DNA of 37,187 bases from Dehalococcoidia bacterium (GCA_007280145.1 QYPU01000111.1:1-37187), one strand, 5' to 3'. Positions 1 to 10,710 are shown, numbered from the stretch's first letter. A program made the numbers and translations. Notes: a model not told the origin generated them from the sequence alone.

Positions 1-412
<412 letters not shown>

Positions 413-447
413 ACATCAGGCTGAGCACAAAACTTCATGCTAAATGA

Positions 448-522
<75 letters not shown>

Positions 523-534
523 AGAAGTTTATAA

Positions 535-566
535 GGCAGGTCAGAAGCGGCCTGCCTTTTCTTTTT
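535..566 (+). terminator. Rho-independent terminator closing the rRNA-tRNA transcription unit
   Basis: GGCAGG (535-540), a 10-nt loop, then CCTGCC (551-556), followed by TTTTCTTTTT. Confidence 0.7.
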
Positions 567-781
567 AATTGCTCTATTTTCCATGCTCGTCACTCACCTA
601 CGGGTGACGGCATCTAATCATTGGTGGTGCTCGCGCACTATGCTGGACAAATGAGGCACCTGCCCACAGGTGACCCCCATATAAACTGTCCACGATGGCT
701 CACCAGAAAGGTAATAATATTACCTTATGGCTCTACCCACTGTGCCCTTCTAAATGCAGCCTGGATACTTGATGCCTACTC

Positions 782-1399
782 ATGCAAATGAACTGGACAG
801 GTGCCTACATGATAGGATGGACAAACTTCATCGTACTGATTGTCTCGGCTTTGCTCTTCCTGTATTTCTATGTGAAGAGTGTAAGCCCTGCTGCATTAGA
901 AAAGAAGACCGGCGAACTTGCCTACACCAGGTGTACACGCTATAGACTGATAGCCTCTGCTTTTGAAGTAGTTGCCATTGTTAATTACATAGTCTATTTC
1001 TTCTACCCCCTACCTATTTCACTACCTCAGACTTTCCCATGGACTTGGTGGATTTCAATTGTCATAGCGATTGCAATAGCAATCCCTGGTGGTTACCTGA
1101 TGTGGATAGGTATGAAAGACGCAGGTAAAGAAACTATGGCTACGAAGAAGAACCATACGCTCTATGGGGGCATCTACCAGAAGATAAGGCATCCGCAGGC
1201 AACAGGCGAGGTTACTTTGTGGTGGGTGGGCGCATTCATCTTGAACTCCCCGCTCCTTGCAATATTCTCATTCATCTGGATACCAATCTTCTACATATTT
1301 TGCTGGGCAGAAGAGAAAGACCTCGTCCTCCGCTATGGCGAGCCCTTTTTAGATTACAAAAGGAACACTGGCTTTCTAATACCGAAGCGTAACTGGTGA
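782..1399 (+). CDS. Isoprenylcysteine carboxyl / phospholipid methyltransferase family membrane protein
   Basis: 205-aa polytopic ORF. The C-terminal signature is GGIYQKIRHPQATGEV ... AEEKDLVLRYGEPFLDYKRNTGFLIP (RHPxY-type ICMT/PEMT motif followed by EE..L...G..Y..Y). Confidence 0.7.
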   Translation: MQMNWTGAYMIGWTNFIVLIVSALLFLYFYVKSVSPAALEKKTGELAYTRCTRYRLIASAFEVVAIVNYIVYFFYPLPISLPQTFPWTWWISIVIAIAIAIPGGYLMWIGMKDAGKETMATKKNHTLYGGIYQKIRHPQATGEVTLWWVGAFILNSPLLAIFSFIWIPIFYIFCWAEEKDLVLRYGEPFLDYKRNTGFLIPKRNW

Positions 1400-1413
1400 C
1401 ATCACTCTGCTGG

Positions 1414-2631
1414 TTAGCTAAGAAGGTCTAGCTTTTCCACCCTGCCGTCCTTATCGATATGCTCAATAACAATAGGGAAACCCTTCTTGCCACCTACGCT
1501 TACCTTGGTCTGGGCGAGTTCAACCACATCCATGGGATTAACGCAGCCCTCAGGCGGACAGACTCCCTTTTCTTTAATCTTCCCCATAGCCATGAGTATT
1601 GCACCGAGTGCCGCTGGAACACCTGTGCCTTCACCCATTCCCTGTCCTCTCGAAGACATCGAGAAAATATAGGTGCTCTTCTCGCCGTTCTTAAATCCTT
1701 TTACCACTATTTTCAGGCAACCCATAGGTTGGTTAAGCCCGGCCGCTTTTGTCAATCTGTCCCTCTGAGAGAGTATAAAGGCTACCGCAAATTCCAGGGG
1801 GATGACCTTATGACCCTGGACTTCAATCGGTTCCTCGCCTGTGATACCCAACCTCACCACTCCTTTTATCAGCTCTGCATAAGCAGGCGGCAGTACAAGT
1901 CCCATGTTGGTTACTCTTTTCACGCCTTTTAAGTACTTTGGTAGAGTTATCGTTTCTGGATGCGGATAGGCATATACATTGTACGTCCCTACGTCCCGGA
2001 ACTCAGTCTCCTCTTCCAAAGCCTTCCCGCTATCCTCAAAGAGCCTCACCGTTGTAAACTTGCCGTCAAGGAACATCGGCACATCCGCTTCCATGGAGTG
2101 TATTCTATGCTTTACTACAGCCGGTCCTTCCTCTGCTTCACCACCATGAGCATGGTATATGTCGACTGCCTCAACCTGGTCGAGTAAAGAATCAGCGCAA
2201 AATCTCACCAGTACATTCGCAACTCCAGGAGAGCTTCCCATCCCAATCAATGCCGAAATACCTGCCCTTTTTGCATCTTCATCCATGCCGAGAAGCTTCT
2301 CAGTGGCATCGAAATCATCGCAAACATCAACATAGTTAATTTTGGATTCTATCACTGCCTTCATTATGATGGGGCCAAACTTGTAGAAGGGCCCGACACA
2401 GTTTAGAACAACCGACGAGCCGGCAATGACCTTTTTAATACTCTCAGGATTCTCTGCATCAAATTCAACAGCCGAGATGCTATTTCCCCCCAATGCCTTA
2501 ACTAGCTTTCCTGCCTTTTCAATATTAATGTCAGCAACTGTGATTTCGGAGAATACCCCACTTGAAGCAAGTGTTCCCGTAGCTACGCTTCCAACTGCTC
2601 CACACCCGCCCAAAACTGTAACTTTTGACAT
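1414..2631 (-). CDS. Saccharopine dehydrogenase family NAD(P)-dependent oxidoreductase
   Basis: 405 aa. The N-terminal Rossmann motif is VTVLGGCGAVGS. Length and layout are typical of Sacchrp_dh N- and C-domains. It starts 17 nt downstream of the RLP stop. Confidence 0.8.
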   Translation of the reverse strand: MSKVTVLGGCGAVGSVATGTLASSGVFSEITVADINIEKAGKLVKALGGNSISAVEFDAENPESIKKVIAGSSVVLNCVGPFYKFGPIIMKAVIESKINYVDVCDDFDATEKLLGMDEDAKRAGISALIGMGSSPGVANVLVRFCADSLLDQVEAVDIYHAHGGEAEEGPAVVKHRIHSMEADVPMFLDGKFTTVRLFEDSGKALEEETEFRDVGTYNVYAYPHPETITLPKYLKGVKRVTNMGLVLPPAYAELIKGVVRLGITGEEPIEVQGHKVIPLEFAVAFILSQRDRLTKAAGLNQPMGCLKIVVKGFKNGEKSTYIFSMSSRGQGMGEGTGVPAALGAILMAMGKIKEKGVCPPEGCVNPMDVVELAQTKVSVGGKKGFPIVIEHIDKDGRVEKLDLLS

Positions 2632-2648
2632 TTTCCCCTCCTTTCCAA

Positions 2649-3956
2649 CTAGAACCCAAAGCTGGCAAATGGGTCAACCCATTCCTTAAGCGCAGTTGCC
2701 AGCTCCGGATGTTCTTTGGCATATTCCTCAAGAGAAATGCCCTGCATCGTTGCATCGATTGCCTGACGGAATGCTTTCCCCCCAGCGACTGGACCCTGAG
2801 GATGAGCATGGATGCCTCCACCCGAACCTATTACGATATCAGTGCCTAGGTCTCCCATCGCTTTCGGCACCATAGATGGCGTAATTCCACCGGATGCCAT
2901 GGGGAAACTTGGTTTCAGATGGTATAGGGGGAACGTCAGATTCTTGGCGACATTCTGGAATTTATCAGCTATCACAGGAGCTTTTCCGTATGGGGCAGGG
3001 ATGACAACAACATCAGCCCCGGCAAGGCGAGGTAATTTGCCCAACACAAGATGAGAGCTCAAGCCATGAAGAGGCGACATATACATAGCCCCAGCCACAT
3101 CCATGTGGGCAAGGATAGGAACATTTATATTCGGGTCTTCTGTCAGCGCCTGCATTATAGGTAATCCAACGGCGATGTAGTTTATCATCAGCGCATTGCA
3201 CCCCAACTCAACTGCACGCTTCGCATTTTCAAAAACCTTTGGCACTTTGTCCGTTATATTAACCGTGTACAGGGTATGTTCACCTGTCTCTTCGTAAACT
3301 TCCTTCTCGAGTTCCATGTAGCGTTTGACACGTCCTTGGACAGAATTGAATGAGGCATCGGCGATTAATTCATCATCCTTAATAATGTCACAACCACCCA
3401 TTGCCGCTTTCCTGAACAATTCAGCCCCAACCTCCAGAGGATAACCCGTGCACGGCTTTATCATGTTATTGAGGAGAGGTCGCTTGGGAATTCCCAGAAG
3501 CTCTCTCACACCAGCGATGCCAAACTTCGGTCCCTTAAAACCGGCGACATATTTCTCAGGGAATCGCATGTCCAGCACCTTGATGTTCCCGCCCATAGAT
3601 ATGTTACCCACCAATGCTGTTAACAGCATTGGTATTTGCTCACCTATATTAACCTCCGGGAAAGCTATCTGGATAATCCAATTCCTGGTCTCTACCGAGC
3701 GGGGCACACCAAACTCAAAATCTGGTATCTCATACACGCCCATGACCTTAGCAACATGCTGACAGCGCACCTCAGAAGTCTCACCTGGAACTGCTACCCA
3801 TGTACCCGTACTCTGCTCAATGGCCAGTGCCAGAGATAGCTTGGGAATGGGGATTTCTGCCGGGAAAGAAGCTAAGTAAGTAGCAACAAGATATTCAGCG
3901 TAATCCACTCCGTCTGGCAAGACTAAAGGCAAACCCAAAATTTCCTCTGTATTCAT
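2649..3956 (-). CDS. RuBisCO large-subunit-like protein (form IV RLP, probably not a carboxylase)
   Basis: 435 aa. RuBisCO large-chain blocks were aligned by eye: RPLLNNMIKPCTG (vs RPLLGCTIKPKLG), GGCDIIKDDE (carbamylated-Lys block GGLDFTKDDE), ILAHMDVAGAM (vs LHIHRAMHA), RLAGADVVVIPAPYGK (vs RLSGGDHIHSGTVVGK), PMASGGI and GSGGGIHAHPQGPVAGGKAFRQA. K177, R295 and H327 equivalents appear substituted (C, M, V). Confidence 0.85.
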   Translation of the reverse strand: MNTEEILGLPLVLPDGVDYAEYLVATYLASFPAEIPIPKLSLALAIEQSTGTWVAVPGETSEVRCQHVAKVMGVYEIPDFEFGVPRSVETRNWIIQIAFPEVNIGEQIPMLLTALVGNISMGGNIKVLDMRFPEKYVAGFKGPKFGIAGVRELLGIPKRPLLNNMIKPCTGYPLEVGAELFRKAAMGGCDIIKDDELIADASFNSVQGRVKRYMELEKEVYEETGEHTLYTVNITDKVPKVFENAKRAVELGCNALMINYIAVGLPIMQALTEDPNINVPILAHMDVAGAMYMSPLHGLSSHLVLGKLPRLAGADVVVIPAPYGKAPVIADKFQNVAKNLTFPLYHLKPSFPMASGGITPSMVPKAMGDLGTDIVIGSGGGIHAHPQGPVAGGKAFRQAIDATMQGISLEEYAKEHPELATALKEWVDPFASFGF

Positions 3957-3969
3957 TTAGACACCTCCT

Positions 3970-5511
3970 TCATAAATTTGCCTCATCAAATCTCTTTTTA
4001 TTAAGCTTACTATAAAACCCCCGCAGGTTGCTATAGACTTCCTGGTACGAATGAAACAGAGAATCGTAGATCTCACAGTTCTTCTCCTGCGGTTCAAAAG
4101 TCTCCTCTATCTTCACCACCTTTTTTAGAGACTCGAAATCCGGGTATATGCCAAGACCAACTGCTGCTATCAACGCAGCGCCGACAGCACCTGCATCCTG
4201 AGGAGCACACACAGCCTCAACATTCCTATGAGTCACATCTGCCAAAATCTGCATCCAGGGTTTGCCCTTTGCCCCCCCACCTATAACTCTAAGACGTGGG
4301 AGGGGAAATTTAAATTCTTTTTCCACGATTTCCACAATCCATCTAATGTTATAAGCCACTCCTTCATAGACAGCACGCAGCAAATTCTCACGAGTATGGT
4401 TAGCGCTTAAGTTAATGAAACTGGAGCGAACATAACAATCATCTATGGGAGCCCTCTCTCCATACATCCATGGAGTAAAGATTAAGTAATCAGAGCCTGG
4501 TGGAATCTGGTCAACCATCTCATCCATAAGGGCATAAACATTAGGAATGTTTGGGTCACTTTTTTCGGACTTGTAGAACTCATCAGCAATCCATCGGAGG
4601 CAAGCTCCAGCAGTTTCCGTTTCAGCAAACAGAAATGCTTTATCGGGGTCTGCTGAATGGATAGTCGCTGCCCCGCATTTACCTTTTGGCATACGGCTTG
4701 TGACAACGCCTACCCAGCCAGATATTCCAAAATAGACATGACCTTCACCTTCACCAACTGCTCCAGCCCCGACGGCAGCAGAAGGAGCATCTCCAGCGCC
4801 TGCCATAACGGGTGTGCCTTCCAAAAGCCCGCATTCATTAGCCGCTTCTCTTGATAGTGTCCCAACTTTGTCAATGGACCGTACTAAAGGCGGGAACTTC
4901 TCAGGGTCAAGCCCGACATAACGAAAGATGCCTTTAAGCCACGTCTTCTTCTTAAGGTCAAGCCCGAAGACAGAAGCGCCTGTCCACTCCATAACCATAT
5001 TTCCAGTCCCACGATAAATAAGGTAACCGTCGACATCGAGAAAACAGCACATCTTGTTGTAAATGTCAGGCTCCTCCTCTTTAAGCCACAGTAATTTCGG
5101 AATACCATCCTTCCCACCCAAAGGGGCACCAGCAATGAGGGCAAAAACACGAGAGTTAATAAATTTTCTCATCAGGCGACTTGCCTGTTTGCCAGCCCTG
5201 TTGTCAAGCCAGATTATTGCAGGTCTAAGTGGACCTTTCCCCGAATCCATCGGTACAATGCCAAGCATCTGTGTGCTACAGGTAAGACATACCACATCGC
5301 TTGGTGGCACGCCTGTCTTTTCCAGAAGAAGTCTTGTAGTCTGCGTCACTGCCCTCCACCAATCCTCAGGGTCTTGCTCCGCCCAGCCAGGATTTGGATA
5401 ATGAGTCTCGTAAGCCTGAGAGCAGCTACCATGCACACGCCCCTCAATATCTATCAAAACTGCCTTGTCGCTGCTTGTACCCACGTCATGAGCAACTATA
5501 TACTTGTCCAT
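3970..5511 (-). CDS. FGGY-family carbohydrate kinase (xylulokinase/ribulokinase-like; substrate unknown)
   Basis: 513 aa. The N-terminal actin-fold phosphate-1 motif is IVAHDVGTSSDKAVLID. Length and the C-terminal GGGAKGKPWMQILADV block are typical of FGGY kinases. It ends 13 nt upstream of the RLP start. Confidence 0.85.
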   Translation of the reverse strand: MDKYIVAHDVGTSSDKAVLIDIEGRVHGSCSQAYETHYPNPGWAEQDPEDWWRAVTQTTRLLLEKTGVPPSDVVCLTCSTQMLGIVPMDSGKGPLRPAIIWLDNRAGKQASRLMRKFINSRVFALIAGAPLGGKDGIPKLLWLKEEEPDIYNKMCCFLDVDGYLIYRGTGNMVMEWTGASVFGLDLKKKTWLKGIFRYVGLDPEKFPPLVRSIDKVGTLSREAANECGLLEGTPVMAGAGDAPSAAVGAGAVGEGEGHVYFGISGWVGVVTSRMPKGKCGAATIHSADPDKAFLFAETETAGACLRWIADEFYKSEKSDPNIPNVYALMDEMVDQIPPGSDYLIFTPWMYGERAPIDDCYVRSSFINLSANHTRENLLRAVYEGVAYNIRWIVEIVEKEFKFPLPRLRVIGGGAKGKPWMQILADVTHRNVEAVCAPQDAGAVGAALIAAVGLGIYPDFESLKKVVKIEETFEPQEKNCEIYDSLFHSYQEVYSNLRGFYSKLNKKRFDEANL

Positions 5512-5602
5512 TTGACTACACCTTGAATAACACAGCGGAACTTATTATACCACTTCCTCCAAGTAGGATTGCTGATGCGAGAAAAAAGATTCGACTAATT
5601 CT

Positions 5603-7207
5603 TTACAAGAAATAAAGGTATGCCGTGAATGCTGCCGTAATAACCATGAGCACCAAACATATCGTCAAAAGTATATGGTATTGTTTATTAATCTTTTTTA
5701 ATTCATCTCCGGTTGCCCTAAGCGGTGCTCTCAATTCAGTCCATTCTTCCTCAGGTATGGTTTCATCATCATCCACCTTCATTACCTTCTCTTTGAATTC
5801 CTCAATAGAGGCAGGAATGTCCATCTTCTTTCTGGCCACGAAGTAAATGATTACCGCAATCACTATAAACAGTAGCCCCAAGACTGCTGAGATTATCTCA
5901 CCCATAGTCTGAGAAACTCCCATTTCTAGCGCAACCTGTGTGCCAATATAGTACGTCAGACCAACGGGGAGGGCAGCACTAAAGACTATTGCCAGGATTG
6001 GAACGGCGATGTGTATTTTAAAGGGGCGTTCGATGTTGGGCTTTCGAATTTTAAGCATGATAATAGACAGCATTAACACAATGTATATCACAGCTGACAT
6101 TGCGCACGCTCCGGCGCCAAGTATCATAACCAAATTCGGGGCGATAACAGCGCAGAATAATATGGCCACAAATATTAATGCATTACCCGGCGTCTTAAAT
6201 TTAGGACTTAAGTTGCCAAACCATTTTGGTAGTGCTCCTTCCTTTGCAGTAGCATAAAGTGTCCTTCCAGTCTCACTCAAATTTGCGTTAAGTGTAGGCG
6301 GATGCATACCAATGGCAGCAGAAAGAGCGATAATCATAATAGCTAAACCGCCAGCACCTGCATACCTAGTCGCAGCAGCAATAGGTGCTGCGGTAGGAGC
6401 ACCTAGCACTTCAGCGGGCGCCAAGCCTATAGCTATGCCAAGCACCCATGCATTCACAAGAAATATAAGCAAGGCTGAAATGATAAACGCTTTTGGCATT
6501 ATGGTTAAAGGATATTTAGTCTCGCCAGCCAATGTACCTCCTAATTCTGTCCCCACAAACGCCCAGTAAGCTAGTCCCAGTGCCGCTAGAAACAGTAAAG
6601 GCGTTAATCCCTCACTAAAGAATGGCTGCTTATATAATTCCATTTGAGTGTGAGGGATTGCTAATACCCCCCAAATAATTAATCCAACTAACATAAAGAT
6701 AAGTAAATAAAACTGCGTTCTGGCGAAAATCTTTACCCCAATGTAGTTTATGCCACATACAACAAGTATCAACAAGCAGGCTATTAAGGCATCTGGTAAA
6801 ACGGCCAATGACGGTATCAAATATTTGACATAGTACGCAAACGCAAGAGCTTCTGTTCCTCCGCTGCCTAGAATCAAGGCAACCATCGGTATCAACACAA
6901 TCACCAGAAAAAAGTTTGCCGTTTTAGGAGGAAAGCCATACCGTATGCTGTAAATGGGGCCACCTGAAAAGGGGAATATAGTAGCTATCTCCGCCATACT
7001 CATTACCAAAGCCAAAGATATACCAAGGGCAATAAATAAGATGAGCAAAATGCTGGGGCCGGCAATTGATGCAGCCATTGGACCAAAAACCACCAATCCA
7101 CAGCCTATGGTGAGTCCAGTATTAATTAAGACAAGCTCGATAAATCCTATTTTCCTTACAGGTTGAACCGATGGGGCATGTTCTCCAGCCGATTTAGAAT
7201 TAGCCAC
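5603..7207 (-). CDS. APC-superfamily (amino acid/polyamine/organocation) permease with a C-terminal extension
   Basis: 534 aa, about 12 hydrophobic helices. These are followed by an acidic linker (DDDETIPEEEW) and one extra terminal helix. GTG start at 7207 is preceded by GAGGAGG. Confidence 0.8.
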   Translation of the reverse strand: MANSKSAGEHAPSVQPVRKIGFIELVLINTGLTIGCGLVVFGPMAASIAGPSILLILFIALGISLALVMSMAEIATIFPFSGGPIYSIRYGFPPKTANFFLVIVLIPMVALILGSGGTEALAFAYYVKYLIPSLAVLPDALIACLLILVVCGINYIGVKIFARTQFYLLIFMLVGLIIWGVLAIPHTQMELYKQPFFSEGLTPLLFLAALGLAYWAFVGTELGGTLAGETKYPLTIMPKAFIISALLIFLVNAWVLGIAIGLAPAEVLGAPTAAPIAAATRYAGAGGLAIMIIALSAAIGMHPPTLNANLSETGRTLYATAKEGALPKWFGNLSPKFKTPGNALIFVAILFCAVIAPNLVMILGAGACAMSAVIYIVLMLSIIMLKIRKPNIERPFKIHIAVPILAIVFSAALPVGLTYYIGTQVALEMGVSQTMGEIISAVLGLLFIVIAVIIYFVARKKMDIPASIEEFKEKVMKVDDDETIPEEEWTELRAPLRATGDELKKINKQYHILLTICLVLMVITAAFTAYLYFL

Positions 7208-7306
7208 TGTCTATTCCTCCTCAAAGTTTTTGGAGCTTCTTACAGCTCCTATTTAAGAAAGCCTGAGTTTGAGAATGACTCATTTACTTAGATATTTACG
7301 AAATCT

Positions 7307-7315
7307 ATTATACCA
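7307..7315 (-). promoter_or_regulatory. Candidate extended -10 promoter (TGGTATAAT on the minus strand) for the transporter/kinase/RLP operon
   Basis: The reverse complement of 7307-7315 reads TGGTATAAT, ~95 nt upstream of the GTG start at 7207. No good -35 was found. Confidence 0.35.
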
Positions 7316-7681
7316 CCTCAATGCACAAAATCGTCCTCTGGAACAACGAAACTGAAAATATTTCACTCTTTTGCAACGGAGAGCAGCAGTGAAAGAGAAT
7401 CCACAGAGACTATTTACTGATACTAATGTACGTGTTAAGTGCCGCCAGATTGGAGGCCTCAGCTTGTTCGATTCTCGCGTTGGTGAACCTACCATATATG
7501 GCAACGTTGACGGCCAATAAAGCAGATGATAAAATTTCACAATCTTGAAAACCAGTTAGATATGTGTGCAGACTTTCTCAATTTAAATCCTGATGTACAT
7601 TCAGCCCGCCGAGCTTCGATGCAAACTTCGTGTGCCGCCGTCGGTTAGTGTAGATGATAGCACAGACCGTGTATTTCATAG

Positions 7682-9100
7682 ATGATGCTTCAAACTAAAT
7701 CTCCTGATCTAATGGGCCTATTTCAGCCTCGCTCCATAGCTATAATTGGGGCTTCACAAGATGAGCTGAAGTCGGGTGGGATGTTTGTTTCCGCCTTGCT
7801 GAAGGATGGCTATAAGGGAAACATTTATCCCATAAATCGTAGGGAATCTGAGATTATGTCTCTCAGGAGTTATCCTAGCGTTCTCGATGTCCCTAGCGAG
7901 TTAGACCTGGCGGTGATGGCCATCCCGTCTCAAGGTGTTCCTCAAGTCATGGCTGAGTGTGCTCAAAAGGGTGTCAAGTTCGCCGTTGTTCATAGTGTCG
8001 GCTTCAGCGAGTTAGGTTCTCAAGGTAAAGAGCTGGAAGAACAAATACTGAAGGCAGCCCGGAAGAATGGGGTTAGGATAGTCGGCCCTAACTGCATGGG
8101 AGTGTTCTCTTCTCAAGCTAGCATCAATACTATCGTCCCTTATGCCAGGTTACCCATGGAGCCAGGCGGTGTAGCTTTTGTCGGGCAGAGCGGCTGGGCA
8201 AGTGAGAACCTCTTACTCATTGGCTATGAACGAGGGCTTCGTTTTAGCGGCGTTATAAGTATTGGCAATCAAAGCGACCTAACCATCGAGGACTTTTTAG
8301 AATACTTTGGCAATGACCCTGAGACCAAGGTTATTGTGACCTACATCGAGGGCTTAAAGCAAGGCAAACGCTTCCTGAAACTCGCCGAAGGGATTTCACC
8401 AAGAAAACCTATTATCGTGTGGAAAGGAGGTAGCTCTGAGTTGGGAGCTAGGGCAACTGCCTCCCACACTGGCTCCCTAGCAGGTAATTATACTGTATTT
8501 GAGGCAGCAAGCCGGCAGAAAGGCATAATTCGTGCCCAGAGCCTGGAAGACCTCTTAGACCTTGCAATTGCCTTTAGCTCTCCTTATCTGCCCAGGGGGA
8601 ATGAAGTAGGACTGCTAATAGAGGCAGGGGGTGGAGCAGTAGCCAGCGCTGATGCTTGCGCCAGAGCAGGACTTAATATCTCGCCTCTTCCTGAGGAAGT
8701 ACAGCAGGAACTCCGTGGTTTTCTCAAAGATAAAATACCACCATCTGGCAGCCTAAAAAACCCTGTGGACCTAGTCTGGGCTCCCTTTAACGAATCAACC
8801 CACATTTATGCTACTTGCTTAGAAATAATGTCCCAGGCAGTGGACTCGTGCCTAGTGATTACCTACGCATCTCTTGAAGATGAATGGTTTATATCCCGTC
8901 TGGAGAGCATCCGCAACCAGGTAAAGAAACCGGTAGTAATCGTCCCTGGTCATTCTCTTGAACAGCAGCACGGTATGAACCTTATGGCTAAGCGGGGAAT
9001 ACCCTCCTTCGCTATGCCTGAGAGTGCCGTAAAGGCTATCTCCGCCCTGACTCAACGCTCAAGATACCTGGAAAGCCTTGATACCAAGAGCATCGAGTAA
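7682..9100 (+). CDS. Acyl-CoA synthetase (NDP-forming) alpha-type / CoA-binding domain protein
   Basis: 472 aa. The N-terminal CoA-binding Rossmann motif is PRSIAIIGAS..SGG. Succinyl-CoA-synthetase-like blocks are VGPNCMG, FVGQSGW and the phosphohistidine loop ASHTGSLAG. No ATP-grasp beta partner is adjacent. Confidence 0.8.
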   Translation: MMLQTKSPDLMGLFQPRSIAIIGASQDELKSGGMFVSALLKDGYKGNIYPINRRESEIMSLRSYPSVLDVPSELDLAVMAIPSQGVPQVMAECAQKGVKFAVVHSVGFSELGSQGKELEEQILKAARKNGVRIVGPNCMGVFSSQASINTIVPYARLPMEPGGVAFVGQSGWASENLLLIGYERGLRFSGVISIGNQSDLTIEDFLEYFGNDPETKVIVTYIEGLKQGKRFLKLAEGISPRKPIIVWKGGSSELGARATASHTGSLAGNYTVFEAASRQKGIIRAQSLEDLLDLAIAFSSPYLPRGNEVGLLIEAGGGAVASADACARAGLNISPLPEEVQQELRGFLKDKIPPSGSLKNPVDLVWAPFNESTHIYATCLEIMSQAVDSCLVITYASLEDEWFISRLESIRNQVKKPVVIVPGHSLEQQHGMNLMAKRGIPSFAMPESAVKAISALTQRSRYLESLDTKSIE

Positions 9101-9431
9101 CCAGAACCCTGCAGTCTCTTCGCCTTTTAGGTTTGCCACTCAAGACACTTATAATAACAATTGCTACGGCGCCGCTAAGGGAGCCGAGTTCTCCTTGATG
9201 GTAAGACCAGAGCGGTAGATGTCACCCACAGCTTCCATCGTCCAACAGGGCCAGGCACAATCAACCATGCGAAGGTCTAAGGGGCTTTGCTATCCAGCGA
9301 AGTTAAAAGCAGTGGTGGGCTCAGCGCCAGTGACCCAAATAAGCCATAATGGTAAGCCATGCAGTACACACAGCCCAACCAAGCAATTTGCAAACGGCCT
9401 TGGCTAATGCAATAAAAATGCCAAAGGTAAA

Positions 9432-9743
9432 TTAGCTACCACGCACACGCCCAAACTGCAAAGCCAGCCCTACCGCAGCGACAAGAATACCCAGACCAGC
9501 CATGAGAACATCAAGGGTAAAACCACAAGCGAAATCTCCTATTGTAAAGATAAGCACATAGCCAATGAGAAAGTTGACCATCCCCCAAATAACATTCACT
9601 AGCGGAGATGATTCTCCAACAGCCGGGGGCGAGGCAAAAGGACTTTGAAATCTCTCTCCAGATATGCCATGTACAAAGTGGGGTATACCATTGGCCAGAA
9701 ATAGGCCGGCGATGAAGTAGGCTAGATAACAATACCACGCCAT
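9432..9743 (-). CDS. Small hypothetical membrane protein (about 3 TM helices)
   Basis: 103-aa hydrophobic ORF with plausible helix spacing. No family was recognised. Confidence 0.45.
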   Translation of the reverse strand: MAWYCYLAYFIAGLFLANGIPHFVHGISGERFQSPFASPPAVGESSPLVNVIWGMVNFLIGYVLIFTIGDFACGFTLDVLMAGLGILVAAVGLALQFGRVRGS

Positions 9744-9999
9744 GTGTTGTTCCTCCTTTCTTCCAGCTTACTTGGTTCTGAGCTGATAGAATTGCGCTCA
9801 TGTAAGGTCATCTCTATTTTCTGAATTTACTATCCTGAACCTGCCTCGCCAACAGGGATGAGGCTCTATTCTCAATTTTTTAGAAACATGACAAAGTGAA
9901 CACCTATAGCGAAGGGAATAAAGGCAGCGCTTATCCATCTCAAAGACACTCGCGGCAACATCTGCTCTAACTTTAGCGGTTACTCATCAGAAATGGCAA

Positions 10000-10710
10000 T
10001 TATCCGTCAAGGTCTGCTTGGGTCAATTTGTAGGTATCGATGCTGCCAATATCAAACCATAGCTCACTGAAAGTATAAGCATAGACCTCACCTCTATCTA
10101 TCAAATAAGCAATAAAGCCACCTAGATTGTCCCTTTTGCCTTCGGTGCAATATTGAGAGAGGAGAGGAAATATCCGCTGTGGGAAAATATAGCAGGCAGT
10201 AGCAATAAGGCTGGACTCAGGCTTGGCAGGCTTTTCCTCAAATTTGCCTATTCGGTTCCCATCTAATTTAACAACCCCGAACTGGCTGGCTTTGCTTCTA
10301 TCGCCGATATCATAAACGGCTACCAAGGGGTCTTTACCATTATAAGCAGAGACGAACTGGGGCAAGGCAAACTCGAAGTAGTTGTCACCGGCAATAACCA
10401 GTAAGTCTTCTTTTATGTTTTCGGTCTTTATCCAGTAATCCAAGGAGCCAATAGCACCAAAAATTTGTTCTTCAGTGAAAACCGGCTCGATACATAGAGT
10501 CACCTTTCTGTTTATGGTATTTTGCCAGTGGTGAAAGTCAGCTTCGAATTTCTTATTAATGTTGACAAGGATATCCATATCCTGCGGAATCTTGTCTACA
10601 ATATGGCTTATTAATGCTTTGCCTTTGTACTCAAGGAGGCCTTTTGCCCTGTCAACATTCAATGGATAGAGCCTCGTTCCAAAACCGCTAGCCAGTATCA
10701 GGCTTTTCAT
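10000..10710 (-). CDS. Sugar-phosphate nucleotidyltransferase (NTP_transferase family)
   Basis: 236 aa. The N-terminal signature is LILASGFGTRLYPL (G-x-G-T-R-L). The EKP motif (FEEKPAKPES) is also present. Confidence 0.85.
   Translation of the reverse strand: MKSLILASGFGTRLYPLNVDRAKGLLEYKGKALISHIVDKIPQDMDILVNINKKFEADFHHWQNTINRKVTLCIEPVFTEEQIFGAIGSLDYWIKTENIKEDLLVIAGDNYFEFALPQFVSAYNGKDPLVAVYDIGDRSKASQFGVVKLDGNRIGKFEEKPAKPESSLIATACYIFPQRIFPLLSQYCTEGKRDNLGGFIAYLIDRGEVYAYTFSELWFDIGSIDTYKLTQADLDG

Noticed and set aside
7232-7249. Hairpin GGAGCT-TCTTAC-AGCTCC in the transporter leader, considered as a terminator or riboswitch expression platform
   Set aside because: No U-tract follows on the transcribed (minus) strand, and no conserved riboswitch core was recognised in the ~95-nt leader.
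7462-7494. tRNA-like T-loop string (GTTCGATTC ... ACCA) suggesting a tRNA or tRNA fragment
   Set aside because: The flanking T-stem pairs only 3 of 5 positions. No matching acceptor 5' strand, D arm or anticodon arm could be folded upstream. At best it is a degenerate relic and needs tRNAscan-SE or Infernal to settle.
7280-7540. 86-aa minus-strand ORF in the 474-nt spacer between the transporter and the acyl-CoA synthetase genes
   Set aside because: The composition is odd and rich in Cys, Arg and Trp, with no RBS and no family resemblance. The spacer is more likely regulatory or non-coding.
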